DNA of 64,000 nt. Source: Balanoglossus misakiensis (lineage: Eukaryota > Animalia > Hemichordata). A program made the position numbers and the translations under genes. This document shows, piece by piece, positions 51,009 through 64,000 of the stretch; the stretch's first letter is position 1, and each line of letters starts with the position of its first letter. The stretch spans positions 4,702,783 to 4,766,782 of the forward strand of contig CM082580.2 of assembly GCA_040954595.2 (NCBI GenBank), written 5' to 3'. Under the pieces are notes generated by a model. The model worked only from the letters and a program-made list of their open reading frames with translations, did no database searches and had not been told where the DNA came from.

Positions 51009-53627
51009 TATACGAAGGACTGTATGCTCTTCAAACACAAATTGCCCATTACAATATATCAAAGTCATAATTTTTCTTCTAATACGATAACCAAGCAGAT
51101 ATTATGTACAAGAAATTGTCCTTTGGAAAGTGGGATTCTAAGCTGCTCACAGATTCCATACAGCAGTTCAAAATGCTGGGTTTTCTTACAAGCAAAACTC
51201 CAGGATAGCATTTCTTTGTGGGTGAGTCACATAGCTGGCTTGTAAGCTTGGTATTACAGCACCAAATGTAAAATCCCTAAACAAGCAGTTAAAATATGGG
51301 CAAAATATTACTGATGGACACAAAACAAAATTCCTCTGACATGTTGGCGAGATTTTTCTTTTTTCTTTTTTGTCAGTGTCAGCTGCTGTTTACAAGTCAG
51401 CGTGTCCTCATTGCCGACTGCTATTATCTATCATAAACAACCGGCAAAATAAACAACAAAACAACCATTCAATCTAGTGTCTAGCAAACTGACAAATCAA
51501 ATAAGTGCACATTCTTAATATCAACCACATAGCTTTCATTCTTTTATCAAAGCCAGTATACATTTCCTTCATCTACCCAGCAAATTTTTTTGTTCACTTT
51601 TTTTTCTCCTCATCAGAAAGGGAAATCATGCCATTTGATGAAAACTAAAACATGTCCCTTTGTCAATGCTAATGTGTGATATGGGGAAAACGAAATGGTA
51701 GTAACTCCGTACTGAAAGATCGATAACTGAATAACCGTGACCAAAGAATGCAAGCTACAAAAGTCAGGTAATTGTGATAACTTACAAAATATCTGATATA
51801 TTTCAGGTTGGGAAAGGGGGGGAAAGCAAAAATCCAAAATACTGCTGTTATATTGCATGTAGGAAGCAAGTCACCGAAAATAAAAACCAAGCTGCTAGAG
51901 GTTGTCAGGGTGGGAGTTCCGATGTTCACATTGATATAATCATTGAACCCACCTTCCATATGTCATGCCGGTTGGTGGAACAAAAAATACTCATTGATAA
52001 AGGCTAGTTTACTCACATGACAAAAAAAGTGTCCCCCAAACAGAGAGTAATCCCCCTCCCCCTAACTCTGTCTAAACAACTTGTACTGTTAAAGACAATC
52101 TCTTCCCCCGACTGAGAACGGCCTTCTACATGTAAAAACAACATTTAGAGTGGAAGGTACTGCAAGATTTACAGTTCCACTGAAATAACAACACTATTAT
52201 AACTTATACTTTTAAAAAGGCCTTCAATTCACTCCCTCTCATCCTATCTGTATCTACAGAACAAAAGATAAAAACAATGTTTTTTTTTTTCTCTCAATTA
52301 TTACACTTACTTGTAATAAAATATCAATAGATCCCAATTGAGTAATACACTTATAAAATCCTACAGGATAGCTTCGTCTAACTACAGAAATTATCCCCTT
52401 CAAGTTTTGGATCAATAACATTCAGGGGCTGGATGGTGGATTTTTTTCAATACATTTTTTTTCTGCAGAGTTATTATATATAACAAGTCTAAAAGTTTTT
52501 TTTTTCAAACTTGAAAGTGTTAATGTTTGCACTACAGTGCTGAAGCTGTTGATATAATGATTTTTCCATGATCGTATTTTCTGTAAATTTCAGTACATTT
52601 ACAAAAAAATGTGGCAAAGCAAATGCGGACGCACATTGGCCACTGTGTGAAAAGCTGACAAAATGTGACCAGAAGTTGAAACACAAAAGGCAACTAAAAG
52701 CCCCGTAATAATAATAATGATACAATGCAACTACAAATCACCAATCAGAGCCTTTCTAAGTTTACAAAACCAATACAAAAAGAACTACATCATTTTGAAG
52801 AGGCGTGTTGGGTCTTGGTGTTCTGTACGTGAACGTGACAGAGTGAAGTACTGGGGGAAATCTTACTATTAGAAAGGGGAATGGTGCTGATGGACACATT
52901 GTTGACAGCTTCAAGGGACAGACAAACTGGTGGAAATAATCGTTTTCTCAATCAAGCCAGGTTATATTGAAATTCTGAAATTCTGCATTAAACTGTAAAA
53001 TGTAGTGTGCGACTTGTCAAGATGCCACTATAAGAGTGTCGTCTTAATTTCTGAACTGATCACACCCATGAATTGTGCGTGACAGTATCACTGCAGCTTT
53101 TGTCATGGCAGTTTGTGCCACCTTACAAAAACATGGGTTTGACCGGTTCATATATATAGTACGGGGGGAGGAAGAAATGACAGTTTACTTTATGACTCAC
53201 TCAAAAACATGGAAAAATGTGGGATTAAAAACTGACCTTACATTTTAATACTTATTTTTTATACAAAGCAAACTGTTCTGACCATCGTGGGAACTGGACT
53301 TGTGGTACAACCCTAAATAATACACAACGCTAGTGTGTATGTAAAAAACATACCCTACCCTTATACAACACAATCAGTCAAACAAAGCGAGAAAACAATT
53401 AAGATTGGAAAAAATGCAAAGCAAAGCTAGAATTGGGATCTTTTCCAAACTGGCAGGCAAAACTTGGATTTTTTTTTCTCCTCAATACAGGGACTTATCA
53501 TCAAAGGATGCTTATTGATGATATTGTGTGTTTTTTTTGGAACTCCCACTAAGTCTTGTGGACAACCTTATCGACCGATCTGTGTTTGTACAAAATAGGA
53601 CATTGACAATGTTGGGCTCTTTTTTGT

Positions 53628-56164
53628 TTAATCCTTGATAGATCCAGACTGGCTTCCCTCGCCGTCGTGGCTACTGGAATCTCTTTTCCTGTCGCAATAG
53701 TCTGAAAATATATCTCGGAAGCGGGTCCATGATTTTTCTGGAATTGTAATGAATGTTCGGTACTGGCTTCGTGGCTGAAAGTAAAAAAAAAGAAAAAGAA
53801 AACATCTGTAGGTCAATATCATAGTTCACAGGGTTCATCGCTGAAAACAGGAAATTTTCGCGAACTACGCAAGGGCCAAAAAAATGCAAAAATACAAAAG
53901 TCGCGTAAAAATGTTTTTCAGAGATAACGATGCAGTGAAATACGAGAACGCGAAAATAGTTGCATAATAGTTGCCTCTTTTGATGTCGCAAAAATTTCCT
54001 GTTACGAAAAGTTCCCATTTTACAGTAAGTTGACCACAAGTATACCATGCCCACCAAACTATCACACCTCCACTTGTCTTCAAAGTTCATACACTCCAAT
54101 AAACTTTCAGAAAATATTTGTGAATGGAGTCATTTTGAAAACTAAATACAAGACTGCAGAGCCAACATTGAATATTTAAATGTTGCAGCAACTTTTTAAG
54201 GATTAAAATTGAAAACAGCATTGCATGGCTATCCCTATGGTATACACTGACCTAGAATTACAGTAATAAAAGCAGGATTCTTGTAAGTTAATTTTACACG
54301 CCCATTTTGCAAGAACTCGCAAGATCCACATGCAGCGACTGACTACACAGCACTGCTAACATGCTCACGTTTCATTCCACCCACTTCACTTTGTATTCAA
54401 AGTGTTTTATTGTTGCAAATGTACCGTCAATCACATGGGCGTTGATTTATGATTAGCTTTGAAATTTCAGCAGCTGCAAGTTTACATTAGACTGCTTCTT
54501 TCTTTCAAAGGAAGTTCTTTTTAAATAGCCGCAAATCTGTCTTTTCAGGTTATTTCATTGATTATGTATAGTAACAGCATAAATAATGGGTGTACACCAA
54601 TTTGGAGAGCAATATGGCCTTGGACAAAGTACTTTATAAACACAATTTACTTCTGAAAGTACGTTAGATTGAGCAAGAATGCACTACATAGATGAAACAG
54701 CATTAAACCCTGGTTACCACCAGATGTTGGTCCGAACCCATTGTGTTAATGGTTGGACTGGACCCTGTACACTAGGATTTGGGGATGAGGGGGTTTTAAC
54801 AAAGACATGTGAATAGACTGTGGGAATTGCACATAGCGATAACAATGGCTGACAATAAAGATTCTTGTTCTGCTAGTTCAGAAAGAGAAAATGTTTCATG
54901 CTAAGATGATGTGAAAAATAGACAGGACAAATATCGCATAGATGTGAACACTAGTGCTAGGTTGAGTTTTGTAACTTTCAGGTTTGGTTCACTTGAACTT
55001 TTGACATTCAGTTAATGGGTGTGCCCAAATCACTTTTATCCCACATCATCATCATCATTCACGTTTGCAAACTTAATTTCCCAGGCTTGTGTAACTAACA
55101 TATGCTATACATCAATACACCCACAGAAACATTAGAAGGATTAATCGGTACATGTAGTTATGTTCAAAGCATATGCACAGCATTATGTTATGATCGGACC
55201 TTCAGAACAGAAAGCCCCACTTCACAGGCCTGACATGTTACCTAGAGAACGTTGATACACATTTTTTTTACAAATGTTATTTTAATTGCAAACAAACACT
55301 TTTTCAGGTTGTATTTTTATCAGATGATAAATTCAACAGGTATACACACACTTGCTGAAGTGTTATTTTTATTTCACTGAAAAGCTATGCGATGCCACAA
55401 TTGTCGGTTTCCGTATAGTACAACAGGTACAATCAACATAATCAGCATATTAATTATTATTTAGGTATTTTTCTACACCCAGGATAACTATGACAGCTGA
55501 TAAATTAAAGTAAATGAAGTGTAATTAAAACAAAGACAATTTCACCATTTCATCTGAATGTCACAAAACAACACCCCCCACTGCATCATAAAACAAAAAT
55601 CCATGGTTATTTCACAAATTTATAACTCTTTCATAAAAATAGCATGGTCTTGCAAACTTGCTGGTATGTATAACAGCTAGGCCAAATGGAACCAGAACAG
55701 GTAACAATACCCAAACAGAAATGAAGGCACAATACCAGCTTATTTTGTAAATACTGACAATATCTTCAATTTAAATGCGTTTCCAAAGGCAATCCATCCA
55801 ACTTTTGCAAAACAGTGTCTGACAGTTTGCCGTGATGATGCATCACATATCATCCGAGGACATCTACTAAGTAGACATCAATCTTGTCGGTACAAAGATG
55901 GCCTGAACCATGACATACGACGTTAGCATAAATTTATAATGTTAGCCTCAAGACCATGTTTTGATACCAGCTGCTAAATTGACCTTTTCCACTGTCAAAA
56001 TAATGACCAATCATTTATATTTTTAGACAGTCAGGCTGCTCCTGTCGCTTGAATGAACAGGCAATTTATATGCGAACACTGAGCTCATGTACATGTCAGA
56101 AACTGATCAATTTGGCGATATTCTGGTTTCAGCATTACTATCATCATCATCATCATCGTCGTGT

Positions 56165-56223
<59 letters not shown>

Positions 56224-58547
56224 TTTGTCATTATTACGGTTGCTATGTTTATTATATAATCATTATTATTGTTATCATAATCATCAACATCAATATCATC
56301 ATCATCAGATCATCATCCGATCATCAGATCATCACCATCATCATCATCGTCACCATCATCCTCATTATCATTATCATCATCAACCACCACCACCACTGAT
56401 GACACGCGTGACCATATTGCATCAGAATGTGTAGCTTGTATTAGATGCCGCTTACCTGTACTTCGGATATTCGCATGTAAACACCCCTATGGTTACTACC
56501 AATGTCAAAGTAAAAGTTCTTATTGTCCACTCTGATGTGGCGACCTTCAGGCAGTTCTTGCTCAGGCTCTGCAGGGACAACACAGCATAATGGTTTGCAA
56601 AGGTTAATCAACATGAATAAATCTTTGTGATTATAAAAACGTGCCCTCTTTCCAATCTATCTGGAATAGTTCTATCACTGTGGCAAATCCCAATTTCACT
56701 TGTACTTACCGCCACCATCATCTGCACCAAACTCATCCAAGATCTCAGTGAGAGCATTTTTTATATCTACTAAACCCTGTGCTGGTAGGGCAATGTGAGT
56801 CCGTGGCCCTCGGTTGATTGTCTGAGATACCTGTAATACACAGCAGATACAAGAATACATCAAACAGATATATGTATTTACACAATGTACCATGCTTAAA
56901 CTATCACATTATGGGGAATATGAGACCAGCCAACTGCCCTATGGCATTGACTGTATACAATTTTTGGTTTGGCACATGCACATGAAACGATTGTCGCCCT
57001 CTAAAATGATAAGTAACTTGCTGAAAGAGTTGCCCAAACGAGATTATATGAAGGATCGTGCGGCAATTTGACTTACCCTTAGAAAACGCCCTCTGTTGTT
57101 TTCTTTGAGATCTAAATAGTATCGTCTATTATCTTTTTTTATCATTTCACTTTTCAGGCGTCCATCCTCTGGTGGGTTGTCGGGATTTGGTGGACCTGCA
57201 ATGACAAGAAAGTGCAAGAACATATAAGGATGTATGTTCAGTAAAATTGAAAGCATTATCACTTCTTTTAATTGTTAAACTTTGGATTATCCTGTGTATG
57301 TATAATGAAAATCCGTGATAAAATATAGGGGTCACTGCGCTTGCTTTTGAAATACAGAGCCATGAATTTAGTCGATAATAGAAGAAAACTGCTGACTCAG
57401 CATTTTCCACCAATGGTTTGTCTATGGGCGAAAATTTTAACGAAATTTATTTCAAAATAGAGCACGGTGACCACATGATTTCAGCAAACTAACGAAAATT
57501 TTAACTTTAAGACTGATTTTCGAGGCACATACTACCTCAGAAGCTCCAGTTATTTTGTTTACTAAGGTACAACTATCATACTTTATGGGTCTATATAATT
57601 GATATTTTAAAATTTGAAACGTTTCAACAAAATATCATGAAAAAATACTGATAAAGATTTTTCAAGAGTAATAAGACATATTAGATAGCTAGAATATTTT
57701 GTTTGCGATAAAAATAGGGAGTCAACCAATATGCATGTACTGATTAAATGCCAATAGCTTTCTCTGTAGCCCACTTCATGTTAAAATCAGATCACACATA
57801 AACTCCAAATCCATTATAACCATATGACCAATTTGACATTTTGTAGAATAAGCATGTGATAACTTTCCATGAATAATAACACTTGTTATTACAATGCTAC
57901 GCCACCCAATGAGCCTGAACGATATTCATTAAATGCAAAGCGTACTTGCATATATCTCATTTCTGACAAGATGATTGGTAGGCTCATTTACATCACACAT
58001 GTGCCCTACTGAATAGACAATGACGACTAAACTTGTAAATCATACATGCCATTTTTAAATCTGGTGGGAGTACCAGCCTCTGTAAAGCATTCAATTTGAC
58101 TGTGTCATTTTCTTTGTTTATGAATGCCCGCCAGAACAATACATCAACAGACTGTACTGGTATCAACATTGCGTCCCCAACGCACAGAACTGTCATTTTT
58201 TCATGAGTCTGAATTAGTCCATCTATACATGACCACGTCTTTAATGTAATGTGGATTACACCTGCAAGCACATGGGCGAATGATATAGAATTTTGGAATA
58301 TTTGTGAAGAAGATGTTGATGACAAGCTCTTCATATCTGTCTGTTTAAATTAATGGCTCTCAAACAAAGTGACATGAGAAAGTGAAACAGCCACTTTCAT
58401 CAAATCAAAGACAAATTAATAACAGAGAAATAAAGATCACTCACCCAAACGTGTGTAATGATCGATAAAATCTACTAAATGATCACGAAACTCCAGAGCT
58501 GTAGACATTGCTAATGTCAAACGGCTCTTAGTCCCACCAGCGCCAAC
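53628..58547 (-). CDS. PURA: Transcriptional activator / nucleic-acid-binding protein Pur-alpha; first coding exon(s) lie beyond the right edge
   Basis: Exons 58547-58445, 57195-57077, 56830-56710, 56568-56456, 53774-53628 are in frame: [35 protein letters not shown]...[36 protein letters not shown]...IALPAQGL...[33 protein letters not shown]...[12 protein letters not shown]. This covers PUR repeats I (partial), II and III. Confidence 0.96.
53840..54027. mobile_element. TA-type MITE, same family as 2906-3143
   Basis: CTGAAAACAGGAAATTTTCGCG...AAAAGTTCCCATTTTACAGTA with shared interior motifs. Confidence 0.65.
56133..56398. repeat. Compound (CAT/CAC/TAT)n microsatellite
   Basis: Long degenerate trinucleotide tract in the last PURA intron. 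Confidence 0.9.
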
Positions 58548-61500
58548 CTGCAATGAAATAAAATAAAACAAATTCAGGATTACAAAATTTTATTGCCAAG
58601 TCCTCTTCAATTTCTAATTCAAAAACATTACATTATCTGAAACGAGAAATTCTGTGTGCACGTGTGTGTCTTACTGTGTGTGTCTGAGTGTGTGTGTGCA
58701 TGTTTGCATGAATGTGTGGATGATAAAAAAGAGCCTTCAGGTGTGGAGGTTATTCGCATTACACGTGGCTGAGTGATGAACAAGACTCATTAATAATGTA
58801 CTATATTCTGTTCACACTTCCAAGGTCAACAGCAAAATATTCCTATATCTTTGCACCATGACAAGAAAACCTGGTCATGTCAAGTTTTGTATTGCCAGAG
58901 CAGACCACGCAGTTCCATTCAATGATTCAGGTTTAACTGAAATAATTTTATCTATCAAACCTGAGAATTAAAAATTCAGATAATACTTGCTTTAAGAGTA
59001 GTTTTCTCAATTAAAAATAAAATCTTCAGGTTAACATATTTCACCACAAGAAATGGCACTGCAGTTAATAGGTATTTTGGTCAAATTCACACTTGGCTTG
59101 TCTTACGTGTATGTTGACACTGTTATAGATGAAATAAATTATTTCATTTGTCAATGAGGTGCTAATAATACTAGCAAGAATAAATTTCAAATGAATTACT
59201 ACTAGTCTTAGTGTGATTTTCACATCATCAATGTCTTAAAATCTTCAATTATTCAAACACTGTCATTGACTGTCAAATAACTTTTAGAATATCAAATTTC
59301 TGGTTTAAATTTCACCCATCAATGTAAAGTTTGGATATTTAGCTTTATCAAAAATTTCTTTATGGGGTTTCCACATTGTCTTTTGATAAGAAATATGGTT
59401 TAAAAAATATTGCACAAAAAAAATGAACATAATCTATTTTAGTTGCATCAACTGATTATGACATACAAATGATTTGAATTTTCTGTTTATAAAACTCCAC
59501 AAAGCGGGCTTTCTGTACAACTATTGAGAGCACGATAAATTTGCATCATTATGGTAATGAATTTATAAAATATACAATGGTATTGCAATAAATTGTTTCA
59601 ACAATTCCCATTGTTTATACTAATAAAAAGCAATGTCCTCATCAGTTCAGGTCTTGATCATGGCTGGCTCACATCATCATCATCATCATCATTACCACAG
59701 CCTGTCATTAGCCACCCTGCGGTCTACCACAACCATCACACACCACTTCCTTCAACAGATGGAATTAGTGACACAAAAAACCAACCGCAACAGTTTAACC
59801 CCTATCCATTAATACTGGAGTGGGAGTCCCCAAAGTGAAAAAACCCATTCATCTGTGAAGTGGGTAAAAAAAAAAAAATCCTGCAGAGAAAATAACCACC
59901 TCATTCTTCTCTCATTATACAGACATGTTATTCTAATGAACGGCACACTGACATGAAATTACATCTTGTTTCCGCCCACCTGATTTGAAAAATTCTCTTC
60001 CCGCCCACTTTTTTTTTTACCCAGGTCACCAAAATTTGTAGTCAATTTTATAGGCTACAGCGACCGCATTATAGTTTACCTAAAACCACACTACCCTGCT
60101 CAATGATGCTTGCAGCTGCAACGAAAAGCCTGCAACAATGTCCCCGGAAAAAAAAATATTTAAAAAAGAGAAGCTCTTGTCGAGTTTCATTTTTTTAATG
60201 AGAAACAAATCATTCTTTCGTCAAACAACAATTATCAACCCCACAGAGCTGCTCTGATGACAATCTACTTGTTAGCATAAATAAGCAACACTATACAGGG
60301 TATGACCTACTTTCCCCTGCAAAAGAAATAGGTCATCTAGTTACATATTTTCACTGCTGCAGCAATGAGATGCTTGGACGATTGACAATTCAGCAAATTT
60401 CAATATCCAATTTCTCATATTGTACACCGAAAAAAATTAAGTCATTCCAGGTTATATACATCATGTATATCAGCCTACAGTGCAATTGCTTAGGAAAATA
60501 TAAGAAATCCCTCAGTCAAACCATGCATAATGAAAATAAATTGCGGTTTCTCTCTAATTCTGAACTTGCTAAGTGTCTTTCAGTATCAAATTCAAAATAC
60601 CGATCATCTAAAATGTTCATATATTATAGTACAACCTGAAGGAGATTTCCCATCTCCTCAGCACATGATCACATCTCACAATCCAACAGAAAACATCGCC
60701 AACAGTTGCTATACCAAGACCAAACCAATTATGAGCTGGTACAGTCTAACCTCATATTAAAAACATTGGCCTCATATAATATCAAGAGTTCACACTGTTA
60801 CAATTTTACACACAGGTGTTGACCTTTTTGTCCCCATCTAATCCAACGACAAATGCGAAAACTCCGGCAGTTAACAATATATCAGGAAAAGCATTATGAA
60901 GGTCGTTCATACATGCAACAAACATTTCCATTAGTTCAATAGGAAGTACATGTATGTGGCTGTCTGTCTACTCTTAAGTAGGTAGAGTTGACATCTGTCA
61001 TTTAAAGCCAGCTGAAGTAATCACACACACAAAAAATGTGCTGTAAATCTTTGATATCATGTTGGTTCCATATTTTCACCTGCAATATATCAGTTTTATA
61101 TCTGCAACAATGTTCATGGCCAGCATTTCAATTTTACAGCATAGAATTCATAACACTGGTCTCTATTCATTAGAGTAGCACATGATTTCAAACAAAGGGG
61201 CAATTAAGATAATTACCAGTTATATTCTCTCTGAATCAGATACACCGAGTATTTTTTATATCATGGCTTTATAGTATACTTCGTGAAGTTCATATGGTAT
61301 GATTTAATTCACACAACTTGCACTCTGTATAAACAAAAAAACATGTGACATGTTCTGCGCATGCGTGGATGGAAGGATGGGTTAAATAAAATTATTACGT
61401 GAATATTAATGATTCATAAATTGTACTGGTCTATGCACAGTTTGTAAAAATTGTTTCAGAAATGTGGGCACATCACAAAACAAATGAAATAAGATTGAGA

Positions 61501-64000
61501 GAGATAATCACCCCTAGACACAAAGCAATTCATATCCCTAGTCATCTCTTGCATACAAACAAACAGCAATACAAGACAAGTATCACTGCATGTTACAATT
61601 TACATGTACATTAGTGATACACACAACCATTTGATCCACTGCACTCTCAGCCACGGACATAGTAGCTTTTTAGAACAACTGAGTTGAACACAACCCGGAA
61701 CATCTTTTCCCCCTCCTACAGGAGCACTGTCAACGATGACATGAGATAAACAGAATTTGCATAAACTGGACATGGTTATAGATATGCCATTCGTTCCATG
61801 TATAACAGCCTTGCAGGCATATAGAAATTCACCAAAAGTGCAATACCGAGAAACAATTTAAGACGCACAATGATCTAGGGCAGACTTTCTTCTAAGTAGC
61901 AAGCTCTGTCTAAGATAACTACAACTCATTAACACTGAATACAGAGGACAGAGAGAAATGGCCTTTGGCCATCTAACAAAACCTGTACCTTTAGCTTTGA
62001 AAAACTTGTTCACACACAGGCTTTTATTTCACAGAGATGCAACATTTCAATAAATATCGGTAGAACTGACCACAGTGATCGAGAGTTTACCATTTAAAAG
62101 ATGATTCTTCAAAAAAAAGCCTGAAACACATCATAATTTTCTATTTAATGTGCAGTGTGATATATTGCAGGTTTATGGGAAGACACCTGTTACAGCTGTG
62201 ACCATAGACATTGCTATACACATAACCATCAATCAACAAGTTGAAAAGCATTTATTCAAAGATGCAAGTCAGCACAAGCTGCACTTCTTAACAGAATCAC
62301 CTTTTCTTTCATGTACGCATGATAGGAGTTTAGAATTTCAGCCATTACAGTACGTGTACCTAAATTTCACCACAATGCAAAAATACTTCTTCAACACAGT
62401 ATTGATAAGATGCCATGCAGGAGAGAGAAAAAACAAAGGTAAGGGGGCCTTCCAGAAGATTGATTTTCACCACAGGGGCAGCAGTGATGATCTCTCTGAT
62501 TCAGATACACTATGGAGGCAATTTTATATCAGAGCTTTTTAGTTTGTCTTACGCTAGTTGATCAATCAAACAAAGAATCCAGACTCTTGACTCTTGACCT
62601 ATTACTTCACAAGTCATCTCACAGATAGTGCCAACGTTCTTTCTATAAACAATCGACATGTAACCTACATTTCTAAGGTAGTTTAGCACAACTGAAACAA
62701 AACAAAGGTGATTGATCTGTGAAAACTTGTCCAGCATACTGAATTGCACTGCATGTTTAACACTCAGCTACATCATCGTAACATGACAATTTAATGATAT
62801 GCACACGTGGTAGGTATTGCCTCTCCTGGATGAAAAAATCAAAAACTCACTTTTTCAACTATATGTCTGTCAAACATGGCTGACAGAGACAAAGGTCAAA
62901 AGAATTTATGTACCAAAACATTGCTTGTTATGTTAAAAATGACATCATGACATATGAAAGAACAGGTGACATGTCTGCAGAAATAAAAAAAATAGATAAA
63001 AGGAAACAGAAAAGGGAACAGTTGTATATGACTATGACACTGCCTTCAAAGAAACTTGACATTACTGACTTCAGGAAATTATCTGTCCATTGTTTTCAAC
63101 ATTTTCCAGGGAATGCAATTTTTCCATGTCGATCCTAGATCTCAATTTACAGAGATGATTGCAGGGCATGGAGAGACATTTGAAACTGTTCACGATTTGA
63201 TGTTTTAATTCAAGCATTTTGTGGTAACATGAGAAATGAGGATGCTACAAATTTGGCGAGTACGAGCTCAGACCATTAGCATAATTCAGTTGCTATGGGG
63301 GACTAATTGCAGATTTGTAATTGTGCATTATCATCTTCCCATCATTTCTATAGAAAAGGTTGGATCTGATTTCAATTTTTACTGTCTTTGCACACACACA
63401 AAAATAGGTAAGCAGTGGAAAGCAAGTATCATCATAACCAATTCTTGTGACTGACAGCTTGCTTCTCTGCCATGAAGTGTATCCCTCATTGTTTTGGAGC
63501 AACTTTCAATATTAGAAAGTGAATAGAATTTTACCTGGGTTCCATAAATATGGTTCAACCGATAACTACAGTCACCATACAGTTTGTGTAAGGTTATAAA
63601 TTTTGTTGAAGTTTCATTTGTAGATGAACTCTTTTTTTTGTTTAATTAATCATTAAGAGTCAATACACATCTGCTTGCTTATGATAGTAAACATGCAATT
63701 GCGTCCAAAAATATATGTGAAACAACATCATGTGAATTCCAGTCTACCGGTAGAAACAAACACTGCAGAATACACTTATAATACCAGATTTTTAAAAACA
63801 TATCACAGATGATCCAGTTTTTTTTCAAGGTCATGTTCTACTTTGCCATGGGACCTCAGTTGTGTTGGTTGGCTGGCTGGCTGACAGATGACATCATTAT
63901 TTGTCTATTCAAAGGCAAAGACACTGACATGACTTGTTGACAATATGACCACCACACAATGATTTTTACCAATCAAGCTGGAGTACAGCCCACCTCCCGC

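Noticed and set aside
56049-56434. His/Ser/Ile-rich ORFs
   Set aside because: Microsatellite translation within a PURA intron.
58548-64000. Several 60-130 aa ORFs
   Set aside because: AT-rich intronic sequence with no splice-consistent, recognisable coding content.
1-64000. tRNA, rRNA, snoRNA genes, SECIS elements or autonomous transposase/RT ORFs
   Set aside because: None recognisable by eye, and none of the reconstructed CDSs needs an in-frame TGA. A covariance-model search (Infernal/tRNAscan) would be required to exclude small RNAs.

Overview
This is AT-rich, intron-containing animal genomic DNA, most likely from a marine invertebrate deuterostome such as a hemichordate or echinoderm (inferred from gene content and repeat types). 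There are no prokaryotic features. I reconstructed eight spliced protein-coding genes by hand from splice sites and frame continuity: a NIMA/NEK-family kinase (-, runs off the left end), RING1/RNF2 (+), a galanin/allatostatin-receptor-like rhodopsin GPCR (-), a histamine N-methyltransferase-like gene (+), VPS26 (-), TBC1D7 (-), a stand-alone DUF547 protein (+) and PURA (-, 5' end off the right end). Many non-autonomous DNA transposons are present: piggyBac-like and Kolobok-like TTAA MITEs, TA-flanked MITEs and fold-backs. The most striking structures are (i) a 5.7-kb nested 'Russian-doll' array of Helentron-type (HINE) elements that splits a probable TBC1D7/DUF547 bidirectional promoter, and (ii) a clear U12-type minor-spliceosome intron in the DUF547 gene. 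I cannot show that any of this is a wholly new biological system; the findings are ranked candidates.
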